From assembly GCA_030167865.1 (NCBI GenBank), contig JALAGF010003586.1, forward strand, positions 1 through 64,000: 64,000 bases of DNA, given 5' to 3'. This DNA comes from Craspedostauros australis (Eukaryota). Shown piece by piece: positions 23,401-35,995 of this stretch; position 1 is the stretch's first letter; each line of letters begins with the position of its first letter. The notes under the pieces were generated by a model that ran no database searches, had not been told where the DNA came from, and saw nothing but the letters and a program-made list of their open reading frames with translations. Both the position numbers and the translations under genes were made by a program.

Positions 23401-23796
23401 GATGCGTGGCAGCGGTGTGACATGTCGCCTTCTGTCACACGAAAATGAAACGACAGCGTCGAGTCCCGATGGAATCCCCACTCACGAATTCCAAATACCC
23501 AACATTCCAGATGATGTTCGTTGAGTCCACAAAAACGGACGATTGGGAACAAACAATGTCCGAATCTGAACCGGAGAGAGTTGACGAAGAAAACGAACCC
23601 AGAAAGATCGCAAGACACAAACGGAACAACCCATCACAACGGTACTCCCGCTGCACCCGTGCTACTACTTGCGCCTGCGGGTGCGTCGTCATGTGCCGTT
23701 GCACACACTCGCACAACAACTCGGACCGTACCAGCTGCCTTGGGATTTATTGCCGACTGGACGAATCACAGAACAGCAACCATCTTCTCTCTCACA

Positions 23797-26568
23797 ATGG
23801 CACAAGGCAAGATGAGGAGCTTCCTAACGTTCTGGCTGCTCGCGCTTGTGCTGCAGAGCGATCATGTGGCGATGTCTGCCAAGATCAAGACTGGCGGCAT
23901 GGGCGGGGCCAGCCAAGGGCAAGGGCAACAGCCACCAACCGACGGTGCGATGAATGCTGAAACGACGCCAACATCGGCATCAACATCGGCATCAACAGCG
24001 GCGACGGCGGCAGTGACGGCGGCAACAGTGGATGCCATTGACGGCATGCGCGAAGTCGACGCGAAAGATGTCCTGATGCTGCCCTTCGCAGAGAACCTCA
24101 AGATCCAAGCACCGAGCTTCGTGCACAAAGCCTTCGAAAGGATCATGCAAATCGTGACCTACAAGCCACCCATCGGTATCGTGACTGCCTTCGTCCTGAC
24201 CAAGTTGCTGCTGTCTGGAACGCTCCTTCGTCTCGTCAAACCAAACGGCGGCATGGACAAGATGCTTGACAAGGAGAGCCAGAAGCGCTCGCGGCGCAGG
24301 AGGCACCGGGGCCGGGCCTTCATGCTCGACAAGGAGGACAGGCAGTACCAGCAGTACGGAGGGATCGAGCATGTGCGACAGCGTCTCTGCGTCATCTCAT
24401 TGCTGTCGATGGTGAACAGCCAATCCGAAGCAGGCACATCAACAGGAACGACATCGCAGCAGCCAGCCAAGGATCAAGCAGCATCTGGAGTGGCATCGTC
24501 CAAGTACAACGATGTCGAGCACCTCACGGCAACCGAATTGCTCGAGCAGACACTGAAAACAGTCCGGCACACGTACGCATCGGGATCGTCCATGACCGAA
24601 TACGTGCAGCACATGGCGGAGGACTACGTGAAGCTCGAGTCGATGATGAACCATGGTGGTCCAGATTCTGTGTACACATCATTGAAGGGTGACGAGGTGA
24701 TGGGGCGCATCGTGGCAGTGGCAACGGCCACTGCAGAGTCCAGATTGCTGGATGCGATGCTGCGGCTGTGTCGGGACCGTCTCCTGCAGTCGGCGTTCCG
24801 AATCTCGAAATCACGCGGCCATTGGCAGCGCCGCGTGGAGCAAACGCAGCAGAGCAACCCTTTCATGGCATGGATGCTCCCGGGGACGGCGACGGAGAAC
24901 GACCGCATCCGGCTTGCCTTTGCCGACAACGCTTACAATCGGGAAGTCACGAGGCTTGGAACCATCACGCAGACACTGGCTAACCGCCCTGCCGCGAGGG
25001 AAGATCAAGACCAACTCGTTTCTGCGACTATCGGCGCGGTGCGGTACAACCAGATGGAGACTAAGCATCGGAAGGATCAGGTCGCACACGCCGACCATTC
25101 TGTGTCGCTGCAGCGGCCTACATCGTTCATTGAACGGCTCAAGAACGTCCGCCTGGGCTTCAGCACCAGCAGTCGGTACAAGCTGTCGTTAGTTTCCTTC
25201 GAGAATTCCTCACTGGCGATGGACTCATCCAAAGCCATCGACGTGTTGGCGACACACGAGAACATGGGCGAGTGGCTGAGCAAATCCGATGATTGGTGCA
25301 AGGAGGCCAGGAAGACCATTGTGGAAATCCTTGAAGCCACCGCAGGAGACAGCTCCAATGCGGAAGGCACGGATGATGCGGAATGGGACAACGCCCGGGA
25401 ACTTTGGTGGGCGAGACAGTCTGCAGACGCTGCGACGAACGAGCAGCAGTGGAACCAGGTTCTGAACCGCCTCAGGTCGCTGTCGCGGCTTCGCAGGATT
25501 GGAGAAGGACAGGTCCTTCGGTTCAAAGACACCACGTTCTTTAACTGGATCCGGCAGTACGAACTGCAGGGCCTCTTCGTAGCGGCAGCCCAGCTGGGCA
25601 TTGCGCACGTACTCTACAGGACGGGAACGCTCGTCAAGCTTCATGCCTACAGCACGAAGATCGTCACCCTTGCCTGGACAGCGATCAAGAATCAGGTTTG
25701 GATTCCGTTCCGCGAACTGATCGAGGAGATCTTCAACCCCGACAAGAAGAGCATGATCGACAGCTTCAGCCTGACGAACGAAGGGGAGTCGCTTGACAAC
25801 ATGCTCAAGGACCTCGAGTTTGGCGACGGCACTCCCGATGATCGAATCGAAGGACTGCAGAAGGCGTCGCGACAGTTCGAGTCCGACATTGCGAATCGGT
25901 TGATTTGGCACGCGTTGACGGGACGTCTCGTCCGTCTGATCTTCGTCCAGGTCCAGCAGCTGAAGGTTGGATTGATCAGCGCCATCAGCACCATCGACGT
26001 GCTGCTGCAGGCCAACCAGGTCCTCTTCAAGTTGATCGCCATCGTCCCATCCGTCATCTTCATCGTGTACGGCACGCGTTTCTTTGCTCGGTTCCTGTAC
26101 AACTTCCGTGCCAAAGACCTGCGTTCCATCACATCGGTCCATACCAAGATGACGGAGTACGTGAACACGATCCAGGAGATCTTCCTTACGACAGAACCCG
26201 CCGTTGATGGCGATGGCGACCACAACACCGACAGCGACAGTGGCAGCGACACTGGCGTAGATATCAGATCGATGAGGCACAGACCGAAGCCATCTGGTGC
26301 CCCGTCCACGGCAAATGCTGCTGTTGCTGCGGCACAGCAATTGAAGCCAGCGGAATTGGGCCAGCTCATGTTTGCATTACACCAGTACCTGCTGCTGCTG
26401 GACTACGTGACGGCAGGATTTTCCAAATCGCAATGCGATTCGATTCACAATACGTTGATGTCCATGGTCGGAACCCACGGCACGTTGACCAAGCTGAATG
26501 CCCGACAACATGTGCCTCTCATGAGGCATGTGAAAGAGAAGCATCTGGAATTGGTCAAGCACATGTGA
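23797..26568 (+). CDS. NCA2/DGS1-like membrane protein (nuclear control of ATPase protein 2 family)
   Basis: C-terminal SLDNMLKD...GRLVRLIFVQVQQLKVGLISAISTIDVLLQANQVLFKLIAIVPS resembles the NCA2 core. Long single ORF with a hydrophobic N-terminus. Confidence 0.75.
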   Translation: MAQGKMRSFLTFWLLALVLQSDHVAMSAKIKTGGMGGASQGQGQQPPTDGAMNAETTPTSASTSASTAATAAVTAATVDAIDGMREVDAKDVLMLPFAENLKIQAPSFVHKAFERIMQIVTYKPPIGIVTAFVLTKLLLSGTLLRLVKPNGGMDKMLDKESQKRSRRRRHRGRAFMLDKEDRQYQQYGGIEHVRQRLCVISLLSMVNSQSEAGTSTGTTSQQPAKDQAASGVASSKYNDVEHLTATELLEQTLKTVRHTYASGSSMTEYVQHMAEDYVKLESMMNHGGPDSVYTSLKGDEVMGRIVAVATATAESRLLDAMLRLCRDRLLQSAFRISKSRGHWQRRVEQTQQSNPFMAWMLPGTATENDRIRLAFADNAYNREVTRLGTITQTLANRPAAREDQDQLVSATIGAVRYNQMETKHRKDQVAHADHSVSLQRPTSFIERLKNVRLGFSTSSRYKLSLVSFENSSLAMDSSKAIDVLATHENMGEWLSKSDDWCKEARKTIVEILEATAGDSSNAEGTDDAEWDNARELWWARQSADAATNEQQWNQVLNRLRSLSRLRRIGEGQVLRFKDTTFFNWIRQYELQGLFVAAAQLGIAHVLYRTGTLVKLHAYSTKIVTLAWTAIKNQVWIPFRELIEEIFNPDKKSMIDSFSLTNEGESLDNMLKDLEFGDGTPDDRIEGLQKASRQFESDIANRLIWHALTGRLVRLIFVQVQQLKVGLISAISTIDVLLQANQVLFKLIAIVPSVIFIVYGTRFFARFLYNFRAKDLRSITSVHTKMTEYVNTIQEIFLTTEPAVDGDGDHNTDSDSGSDTGVDIRSMRHRPKPSGAPSTANAAVAAAQQLKPAELGQLMFALHQYLLLLDYVTAGFSKSQCDSIHNTLMSMVGTHGTLTKLNARQHVPLMRHVKEKHLELVKHM

Positions 26569-26789
26569 GGCGCGCACGGGGGGACCGAGTTGGGGGAGCA
26601 CGCTTGCGAGGTTGCAGCGATGATATAGTATAATTGTTTGGAACGTGCTGTAAAACTGCACATACAGAACATTTCTCGTACTCTCCAGTGTGCTGCGAAT
26701 GCAGTGCTCTACACTGTTTGGCATGTTAAGTATTCTGCTGCGTACTCATACGCACGGTGGTATCATGTCGAGTGACAGCACGTGGAGAT

Positions 26790-27662
26790 TTACAAATCGG
26801 GATCATCCTCCGCAGCAGCAACAGCGGGTTGCTGCGTTTGCAAGGCTGATGTGAAATTGAACGACGACGGAGCGAATTGGAATAGCGCTGGCTGCTCTTG
26901 TTTCTTGGCTGTCTTCGCGATGGCGGCGGCGGTAGCATCATTCAAATCCCAACCATCATCGTCGTCGTCATCGCTGTCGGCTTGCAACGCCGCAAAGGCA
27001 TTGCTGGCGCTGGCTTGAGCTTCTTTCTCGTTGCCGTCATTCTGTTGCATCCACAACACAGATTGCAACTGCATGCCTTGCGATGTGCCGCGCCCCAATG
27101 CACCAACACCCTGCAGATGTTGGATCTGTGCAGTGGTCTCATCCAGAACCTGATTTGTTGTTTTCTGCAACGAAAAGGATTGCGACGTGAATTGCAGCTT
27201 CGTCTTTTTCGGCTGCTTTTGTTTTGGAGACGGCCGTCGTTTCTGTTTCTGCTGTTGCGCCAAGACACGTTCGTGCAAGGATAACTGCTCCCTCTGGAAG
27301 TCATCCATCTCGGACCTGTCCGTCTGTTTGGGTTTGGCGAAGCTGGATTTGTGGAATGCATTTCTGCTTTTGTTTTTGCTTGCGTGGTTACGCTGCGACT
27401 GTGTTTCCACTGACATGGAATCAGCCTGCGCGTTGCTGCTCCTGGTGTGCCGTTTGGCCGACGATGAAGTTGGCACGGATGGCAGCATCTTTCTGCCCTG
27501 CTGATTCTTGCTCAACGATCCCTTCGTCACCATGACACCCGAGAGACCGTTCTTGAGAACAACGGAAGAAGACATGTCGGACGAAGCCTTGCCTTTCCCA
27601 TTGTTCTTCGTTTTGACCTTGGCCTGCTTCTTCTTGGCAGTCTTGGATCGTTTCTTTCCCAT
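26790..27662 (-). CDS. Uncharacterised basic, probably nuclear/nucleolar protein (290 aa)
   Basis: Starts MGKKRSKTAKKKQAK; contains DFQREQLSLHER, NAFAAL and an acidic tail with FQFAPSSFNF; coding-like composition. Confidence 0.7.
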   Translation of the reverse strand: MGKKRSKTAKKKQAKVKTKNNGKGKASSDMSSSVVLKNGLSGVMVTKGSLSKNQQGRKMLPSVPTSSSAKRHTRSSNAQADSMSVETQSQRNHASKNKSRNAFHKSSFAKPKQTDRSEMDDFQREQLSLHERVLAQQQKQKRRPSPKQKQPKKTKLQFTSQSFSLQKTTNQVLDETTAQIQHLQGVGALGRGTSQGMQLQSVLWMQQNDGNEKEAQASASNAFAALQADSDDDDDDGWDLNDATAAAIAKTAKKQEQPALFQFAPSSFNFTSALQTQQPAVAAAEDDPDL

Positions 27663-28507
27663 CTTCGCGCTTGGTTGGTGGGTGACGCAGATGTGCAAGC
27701 AAGCAAGCAATCTAATATGCAGTACAGTTGTGGTGGATTGGGGACACGCAATCGTCAGCCCCTTGTGGTCTTTGTTGTGGAAGTTATCGGAGTTGCCGAA
27801 TCGAAGTGTCGTCGCCCACCCCGCGGTTCTTTGGTTGGTTGGTTGGAGGGAGGTGAAGACGATTTGGCGCGAACGTCTGTGCGACGGGCGCAACGAGCGC
27901 AATCGAAGTTGTCGATTGTGCATGTCCGACCCATACGAATGCTTTGAGTTCGTTGCGACTTTTGTTGGAATTTGCCTCGGAATGCGAATCGAATTGAAAG
28001 CAGGGCAGATCCTCGCGCCTTACAGCGAAACACGCCAACGGGAACAGCGTTGCTGTTTGTTCCCATCTCTCCTTGTTACGACTCTCCACGGCGGGTTACC
28101 TACGACGATTCGTCATCAAACGAAGGGAACAACAACATCGGAACACGTTGGGCAAAGATCTGACATCGAAGTGGATCGCAGGAAACTCACATCAAGGGTC
28201 CGCCTGAGCGTCATCTCCACAAGTATTATTGCAACCGAAACAGTATCTTTGGACAGAAGGATCATTGCAGTGGATTGGCAGTGGTTGCCAAGCTTTGACC
28301 GTGTCTTTTGTAGCATCCAGCCAGCCGAGTGATCAAGGGAACAGAAGACCATAGCCCAGAGCAGCATCGGACTGAATGAAGACAGAGGAAGTTGTTGTCA
28401 ACGGAGCTGCTTCCGATCTTTCCTTTCGACCGAATTCTTGTGGATCAACACGTTGATCACAGCCACGAATCAAAGCATCGCCATACGAGGTATCAAACTC
28501 GTACACC

Positions 28508-31500
28508 ATGTCTTCATTGGCCAGAGGCGCGATGACGCTGCTTACTCCGAACAACGCATCTCCCACCGAGAAGGAGGAGCCACCGAAAGACGAGAGACGC
28601 GACATTTCCGCAAGTACGGAGACGCCTGCTGCATCTGCAGCTGAACCAATGGCCGCAACAACTGCAACAGCGGCCGTATCAACATCAGAACCAGCAGCAT
28701 CCACAAAAGCACCAACAGAAACATTGTTGCCATCGACAGCGACAGGTATGACGAATGCGCCCACTGACATGCACGTCCCAACGAGCACATCGGATGGTGA
28801 TCACACTGAGACACAGCAGCAACAACAAGAACAGCTACAAGACGTTTACGCCCCGCCCACGAAACGCCCCAAGCTGAGCGCACGCAAGAGCTCTCGACCG
28901 TCCTATCCAATGAGAAAGATCGGCACTTTAATTGGAATGCTGTCGATTCAGAACGCAAGCACCAGCAATGATGTCGCTCTCAATGATGTGCGCCCAGCTG
29001 CCAATACCAAGCCGGACAGCAGCGCAGAGAACAACAAGGCAAGTGATAGCAATGGTGGCAGTAATGGTGGAAGCACAAGTGCCGGCGTACGTGCCACCAC
29101 CAGCACTAGCAGGGGCGATCCCCTTGCGAATGCAACCGTTGAAACGCACAATCACGTTGAGAATGCGATACCAACCCCTCCAGACAAGCCGCAGTCGCAG
29201 GTTTCCCACGTAATTTCCGAAACAGAGACAGACACAGACGGATGTGCACCAGGCCAGGATGCAGCAATGCAAGACCAGCCCCTGGTTGGGGCTTCAGTGC
29301 CTGCCCGTCTAACATCTCGTCCAGATGCAGTTCATGCACCAGAGCAAACCCAGCACCAACCAAACGAACGAGCACAGCCCAGAGATGGGAACGATGGCAA
29401 AGGCAGCGACATCAACCACAACAGTGGCAGCCACATCAACAGCAACCACAACAGCGACATCAATAGCGACATCGACAGCGACATCATCAGTGACATCATC
29501 AGCGACATCATCAGCGACAACGTTGCTGCACGTGAGAATCCTGATAGCCAAATCTCACAACAGAATCATGCGACGGGACAGGACACACAAAGTATCACGG
29601 ATGCCGCCGGAGGTGATACGCACCTTCGTGCAAACACTGCAGATGCTGGAGCCTCTGCGCTATCTTGGCAGCTCCCGACACCCACTGTCACGGCCACGAG
29701 TTCAGCTCCTCCCACAACCTCGAATTCGCCGGCACCGATGAGCGCGCCTCATGCACATCCGCCCAATCGTGGTTCATCCACAACCATTTCCGAAGGCCAA
29801 GCACCAATCACATTCCCTGACCCACCAGGAGATATGGCGATTCCTCAAGTCTCTGAATCAACCATCAGTAATCATGAAGTGTTGTCGAGGCCACATGACA
29901 ATGAAAGCGACGGCAAGCCAGGCCAAAATGACTCCCCAATCGAATCTGGCGGCGCTGACTTGAAGCCAGATGAAGACATGGACAGCTTCACCAGAATGGA
30001 AGTTATGGACGTGCTAGCGAATGATGGTCAGGCATCCGATGCTGACAGCCACGACAAACCCGACAGTGAAACAGGCACGAAGCAAAATAACATTTTCGTC
30101 TCGCAAAGCGCGATCTGCCTCGATGATGATAATGATATTATCACTAAATTGAATCAGGCCGACGGCGAGAATCAGGTCGACCAGAATGAACCAACAGCCC
30201 ATGATAACGCACAGAACGATGACAACTCCAAAGGCAATAATCAAGACGGCAGTCACGACGACGCTGCCTCAGCCGAAGCGTCAAAGGATCCAACAAAACC
30301 AGCAGAATCAACGCCTCAGCCACAGCAAGAGGCGGAAGCGGACCAGCGGTCAGGGAAGACGGCACAGCTAGAATCTGACACGGCCACAGAAACAGAAGCA
30401 GAGAAATTAGCACAGACAGACCAACGACTTCAACCTGAGCAGGACCTCGCCCATCTTGGCAAGCAGTTCCTCGTGGACAGCCAATGGAATGGAGAAATGT
30501 CCATCGAATCGGCATATCGAGAAGTTTTCGGGGATGCCAACATGTCATTCGCCATGAGCATCGAGCGAAGCGGGTCGCAACCAGGAGAAAACCGGATGCT
30601 ATCAGGTAGAGAGAGATATTCATCACGAGCGAACTCCTACTCCATACCGTCATCCCTTTCGGGCGACAGCTTTACTCGCTTGGACGGACCCAATACGCCA
30701 GCAAGGCTAAGAGGCGTTAAAGTGCACACTTCCCTGAGGTTGGATGTGTTGCCTGATAACATCATTGAAAGCGACGAAGCGGATACCTCGAACTGCTCCC
30801 GTGTGGAGAACGGATTGGGTGCCCGACCAACGAAAACGAGACGAAGCAAGACAAGTGGCGTTCGCGTTGCCGAGAAGATGGCCAGAATACCTAGATGCAT
30901 CATGTTTAATGACGTGGACTCTGTCCGATCCGAAGACGACACTCAAATGTCGGTGCGCCCATCGGCTCTCAACAATACTCCGTCGAACAAGACACGACGA
31001 TCGCGTCGGAAAAGTGCACAGCGTGCGAATGAAAACATTGTGAAGAAGGAACACATCATCTACACTCCAGATGTAAGCCCAAGGCGACGTCTGCAACATC
31101 CACAGCATCCACCCAAACGGGTTCGGCCTCGTTCTGAAGAGCCGAAAGACCGGGCTGCAAAACCACGCAGGGGGACCAAGCGAGTTCGAGCGAACGAGGA
31201 TCCTGCGGTGAGATTGCACACGCAAGCTCAGAAGGATAGTTACATGGACATCGGCAGCCTCGTGTTTTGTCCTTGGACAAAGCCTGATGAGACGGGTAAG
31301 TACTGGTGCCTTGCGTTGCAATTTCAAGTCGAAATGGGTTTGTTGGTTGATTGGTTGACCCTGGCCCTGAATCATGCACCAATAGCTTTCCCGCTCATGC
31401 ACACATGTGGATGGACGTGCATACAGACAAGCAGGCAGATAGACTCACCATAATTGCGCGATTCATGCTTGCATCACGTTGTGTGATCATACTATTTGAT

Positions 31501-34500
31501 ATTTACTCCCCTCTATTACCACAACAACAACAACAACAACAACCGCTGCTACTTCGACTCCTGCTCCATCTACATTCTGTCTGATATGCTCCATAGCGAA
31601 CGACGGTGGAGATGGAGTCCAAAGCGATGAAAAGGCATTCTACTGGGGCGTGATCTACAGGAAATATAGAAAAGCAGGGAAGAGATACTTCCGATACGAC
31701 GTCAAGTTCACTGACGGGGACAAGTCACGGGATGTCGGTTCCGATGAGCTCACTTCAGACAAAGAGTACGTAAACTTCGTCCGTTGGCATGTCAATACTC
31801 CCACCATGCCAACGAAGGCTGACAGAGCATTCTGGAAGGAGGAGAACGTAAAGCTGTTGGCCCGACAACGGGCACGCGCGACGGCTGCTGGTGCCGGCCA
31901 CGGTGCTACCGATCAGAGCAGTTCAAGCAGCTCGAGCAGTTCAAGCAGCTCGAGCAGCGACGATTCCGATGGTACTGGTGCTGTCGGTAAATCTTCTTCG
32001 GGCACAAGCAGTAACAGCGATGAAGATGTTGCAACAGCTGCATCCCAGGGATCAGATGGCGACGAAGAAGAGGCGGAGCGTGACAAAAAGCCGCGAACCA
32101 CCACCGGCATTGGTGCGGCAGGGAGGGCAAAAGCAAGGGCAAAACCAAAATCAACACAGCCACCAACAACACTGCGAAGATCGATCGCACTGGGAAAGAC
32201 TCGTGGCAATGTATCAGCAAAGACGATACCCAACAAGAACAAGATGAGTGGACGGAATTGGAATCTAAATCGCCAACTCCAGAGGAAGAAGCTGTTCTGG
32301 AAGTCAGCATGCAGAACATGCGATCGATGCCGACGCAAGGACTGCGGGAATTGCATACGGTGCAAGCACAACGTATTGTGCAGTCGCGCCGACAAGCTCG
32401 TGTGCTTCCACAGGCCCTGCCTGAAGATCGATGTGACAGATAAGACGGAGTTTTACGCAGGCCTCCCTTTAGGATGGCAGTTTGTGTTTGACAAGAGGAC
32501 AGAGTCGAACTCTTTTGGTCTCTTCTTCGTCGCTCCAACAGGAGAAGTCGATGACTATGAAGGCCATATTCGTGCAGGCCGTGAGGAGCTTACCATCTTG
32601 ATGGGTGGCCTGAATCAATTCTGCCGTCACACAGGCCTCCCGAAATCCTTCCGCCTCACGAAAGACCCAACTAGAGCCAACACACGAAGATCCCGCACCC
32701 CTGCACAAGAACAGAAGAGACACAAATCACCTGGCAGCACGAATTACAGTTCGTGCACTTGCCCCCTTTGTCGACAGGAGCCATGCGGGCGTTGCTTCAT
32801 GTGCACCGTAAAGCAAGCCCGCAAGAAATGCTTCCGGACGATCTGTATGAATGCACCACCTGAGAAACGTGTGCAGAAGGCTGCGCACTTGCCCAAAGGC
32901 TGGGGTTTCTACTTCAACCCAAGGATCCAGAACCCAATCTACGATGGCCTCGTGTTGGTTTCGCCAAATGGAGTGGAATACAGGTCCATCAATCTTGCCC
33001 GCAAGGGAAACCTAGAGGCGTTTGCACGTTTGAAGGAAGATCCAGAGTTGTTCTACGACCACGTCGGTCTAGAATCAAAAATACAGGCCAAGTCAAATGA
33101 TTCGGCGTCATCGGTAGAGTCACATGCACAACCGCGTGAGCAGCCACCTAAACAGACACCTTCGCAGCCACGAGCGATGCAAAATCGCTGGCACCAAGCA
33201 TTTGCGCAGAGGTGCAAAACCTGCGCCTTGTGCCTGGCCCCGGACTGCGGCAAGTGCGTGAATTGCATCGACAACAAAGCTTGCAGCCGATCTTGGAGGA
33301 AGGCCTGTGTCCGCAAGGTACGTTCTTACGAAAGTGTGGTGGGTCGCGCTCTTTTTTCTATTCGAGACGAATGTCTGTCGCGCCGCGTTGCATTGAGTTT
33401 GTGCTCATTCCAATAATTTGCATGGGCGTAGATTCTCGAGGTGTCTTGGATGCGCTCCCACCGAACAGGCCGTTGATACCGAACTGACAACTGAGCCATT
33501 TGCCTTCACGTTTCATTGCAACTTCAACAGGTCTGCCCCAAAGTGGACAAAGAGTGCTGCGCCACAATGGTAGGCTTCCCCCGTGGCTGGAGGTACAAGT
33601 TTCACAATTGGAACCCGAAAGAATCAGAATATCCGACAGAGAAAAATCTCATTGTTTACAATGCCGCTGGGCGACGGTACAATTCCATCAAAACGATGCT
33701 CATCCAGGAGCATTCCAAGCTGTCCAAGATAATGACGAGATGCCAAACCTTCTTCGAAAGCATTGGCGAGGCTGTGGAGAAGCTTGATCTGGACAATCAC
33801 CTTGTCAAGGCGATGCACGTGCAGGAATGGGTGAACGTGGATTACCAGAAGCGAGTCCTGCACGGCTACGTCAAGAGCCTTCACGTGAACCGTTTCACAG
33901 AAGGCAGAACGGTGACTGTCGCCTTCGATCCCAGGTCACTTGCGCAGGTGAACGGCATGGCTCAGGATATGGAAAAAGTGCCTGAGGAGATGACCATGGA
34001 GGATGCTCTTGGTCTTGGTGGATGCACCAAGGCAAACCCCACCGTGCTGGATAACGACTTTGATGAAGAAGACGAGAAAGACATGGTGTGGTGGGTGGTT
34101 GGGGATATGTACCGACAAGAGCAAGTCGAGTTGGATGATACCGGTCCAGGCAGAAGCCTCCCACGACTGACAGTGACGTACGGATGCTACCAACTGGAGT
34201 TCCAAGTGAAGCAGTCGACGATCCAAACTGCTGGATACGGTGTGTTCGTGCGTTGCGTCGGCTTCAACAGTCAACCTGGGCAGCCGAAAATCCCATTCAA
34301 ACTCCAGCCTGGCGAGCTCCTGGACTTGGGGGTGTACGCGCCGATCACCCCCTGCGACTGCAAAGAAGACAGCTTCTTAGTGATGAAGAAGTTCGTGTTG
34401 GGCTTGAACTGCGAGAAGTACTGCTTCGACTCCGAGAAGGATAGTCATGCATTTGATATCTCTGACGACCAGACGGGCGAGCTGCACGAAGCGGCACGCA

Positions 34501-35216
34501 GCCGCATTCATTGTTACGTCAACGAGGTGTCGAAGAGCGAGGAGGCAGCGACTGTGCACTCCTTCCACGACCCATCCGGTGCTCTGCATTATATGCTGGG
34601 GAATTGGCGTCACGACGATGGGCCATTCGTCCTGTCCGCAGACGGCACGGAGGAACGCGAGCTGTTCGTGGATTACGGACCCGACTACGAGTACATGCGC
34701 GTCAGCGAAGGCTACCCTCGTGTGTCCGGCAAAGAGTTGGAGGAGATCCAAGCCGAGGTGGCACAAAACGAGGCCGACACGATGGATTGCATTCTGAAGG
34801 GATGGAATGTGACAGAATGCTTGACCTGCTTGCAATTCATGAAGGACATGCATCGTTTCCTGCGAAGGGAGACGGCGACCAGCCGCGAATGTCACACCCT
34901 GGTGCGCTGCATCATACTGGCGATCTTGTTGCAGATGCGGTGGAAGATCCTGTCCGCAGACTTCCCATCGGGTCATCGCATGGCGAGCAGCGAGATCTGC
35001 GACAACGGCGCGCTGAAGTTGAACTTCGCGAGGCAGATTCGGACGACGTCGAAGATGATCTCCGAATTCCTGGAGCTCGCGGTGAATCCTACGTGGGTGA
35101 AGAGGCAGTTGCTGGGCAATCCAGCATTCGCAGAGCGGTTGTCGGGCATTTTAGGGAGGGGGGATTTATCGGTGATGCGACCTGGGCGTCTGGTTGTGGA
35201 GATACAGGATCTTTGA
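28508..35216 (+). CDS. Large chromatin protein: disordered N-terminus, Tudor-like segment, 3x(CXXC zinc finger + MBD-like), C-terminal divergent SET domain
   Basis: Exons 28508-31295, 31597-33317 and 33531-35216 joined by in-phase GT-AG introns. CXXC fingers CRTCDRCRRKDCGNCIRC..CFHRPC, CTCPLCRQEPCGRCFMC..CFRTIC, CKTCALCLAPDCGKCVNC..CVRK|VC. MBD-like LPLGW..FVAPTG, LPKGW..LVSPNGVEYRS, FPRGW..YNAAGRRYNS. SET motifs STIQTAGYGVF, CYVNE, ELFVDYGPDY. Confidence 0.8.
29405..29520 (+). repeat. Imperfect 12-bp coding repeat (agcgacatcatc; SDIN/SDII)
   Basis: Translation SDINHNSGSHINSNHNSDINSDIDSDIISDIISDIISD. Confidence 0.75.
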
Positions 35217-35479
35217 GGAATACAGTTGGTGTTGTAGGTCGTAGCGATTCCCCTAGAGTTTAATTAGGAGCATTATTGCAGTGTGCTGCGTGCGTGGCTG
35301 GTATGCGGAGCATATGGCGAGTAGTCGTATGTTGTGAATGGCAGAATTCACGTGCCTTGATGATCGAGCACCAAAAATCCATGTCATTCGCGACACTCCT
35401 ATCCATCCGTTTCAATCAGAGTGCTTGCCTATGGAGAGAATGGAACACTCATCCGCATCCCACCACAGCTAATTCCGCA

Positions 35480-35995
35480 TCATCTCCCATTGTTCTTTTG
35501 CATCTTCGAAATCAACCCTTCCATGACCTGCTTCATGATGGGCTGGCCTTTCCGAGACCGCTGCTTCATGTTGACCGTGCGTTGCCTGCGTTCCTTCTTC
35601 TTCTGCTTGCGCTGCTGCTCCTGATCCTTGCGTTCCTCTTGCTGCTGCCGCAGTTCCACTTCGCGCTGTTCCTTGCGTTGCAACGATTTCTGAAAGGGAT
35701 CGGACTTTGTCGTCGTCGTCGTCGTTGACTTGGCATCGCGTTTTCTGCCAGCTCCCATGCCAGCGTCGTAACCTTCCTGCTTCATGACCTTGCGATACTG
35801 CTTGAGGGACCGCGCCGTCTGCTTGTGCTTGTATTCCTTGCGCTTGCGGCAATTCTCAATGGCCCTCGTGATGCCCTTCGTGCGCACGACTTCGTTGATC
35901 CCGATGGATCCGTGCTGCATGCGACGGCGTTGGCCGTGCGGCTTGGCAGCGGCATGGCCGGCTTTGTGGGTCTCTCTCGTCGGTGTTGTCGTCAT
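35480..35995 (-). CDS. rRNA-processing protein, FYV7/TAP26 (CCDC59)-like
   Basis: Small basic coiled-coil protein with LKQYRKVMKQEG and C-terminal RSRKGQPIMKQVMEGLISKM. Confidence 0.72.
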   Translation of the reverse strand: MTTTPTRETHKAGHAAAKPHGQRRRMQHGSIGINEVVRTKGITRAIENCRKRKEYKHKQTARSLKQYRKVMKQEGYDAGMGAGRKRDAKSTTTTTTKSDPFQKSLQRKEQREVELRQQQEERKDQEQQRKQKKKERRQRTVNMKQRSRKGQPIMKQVMEGLISKMQKNNGR

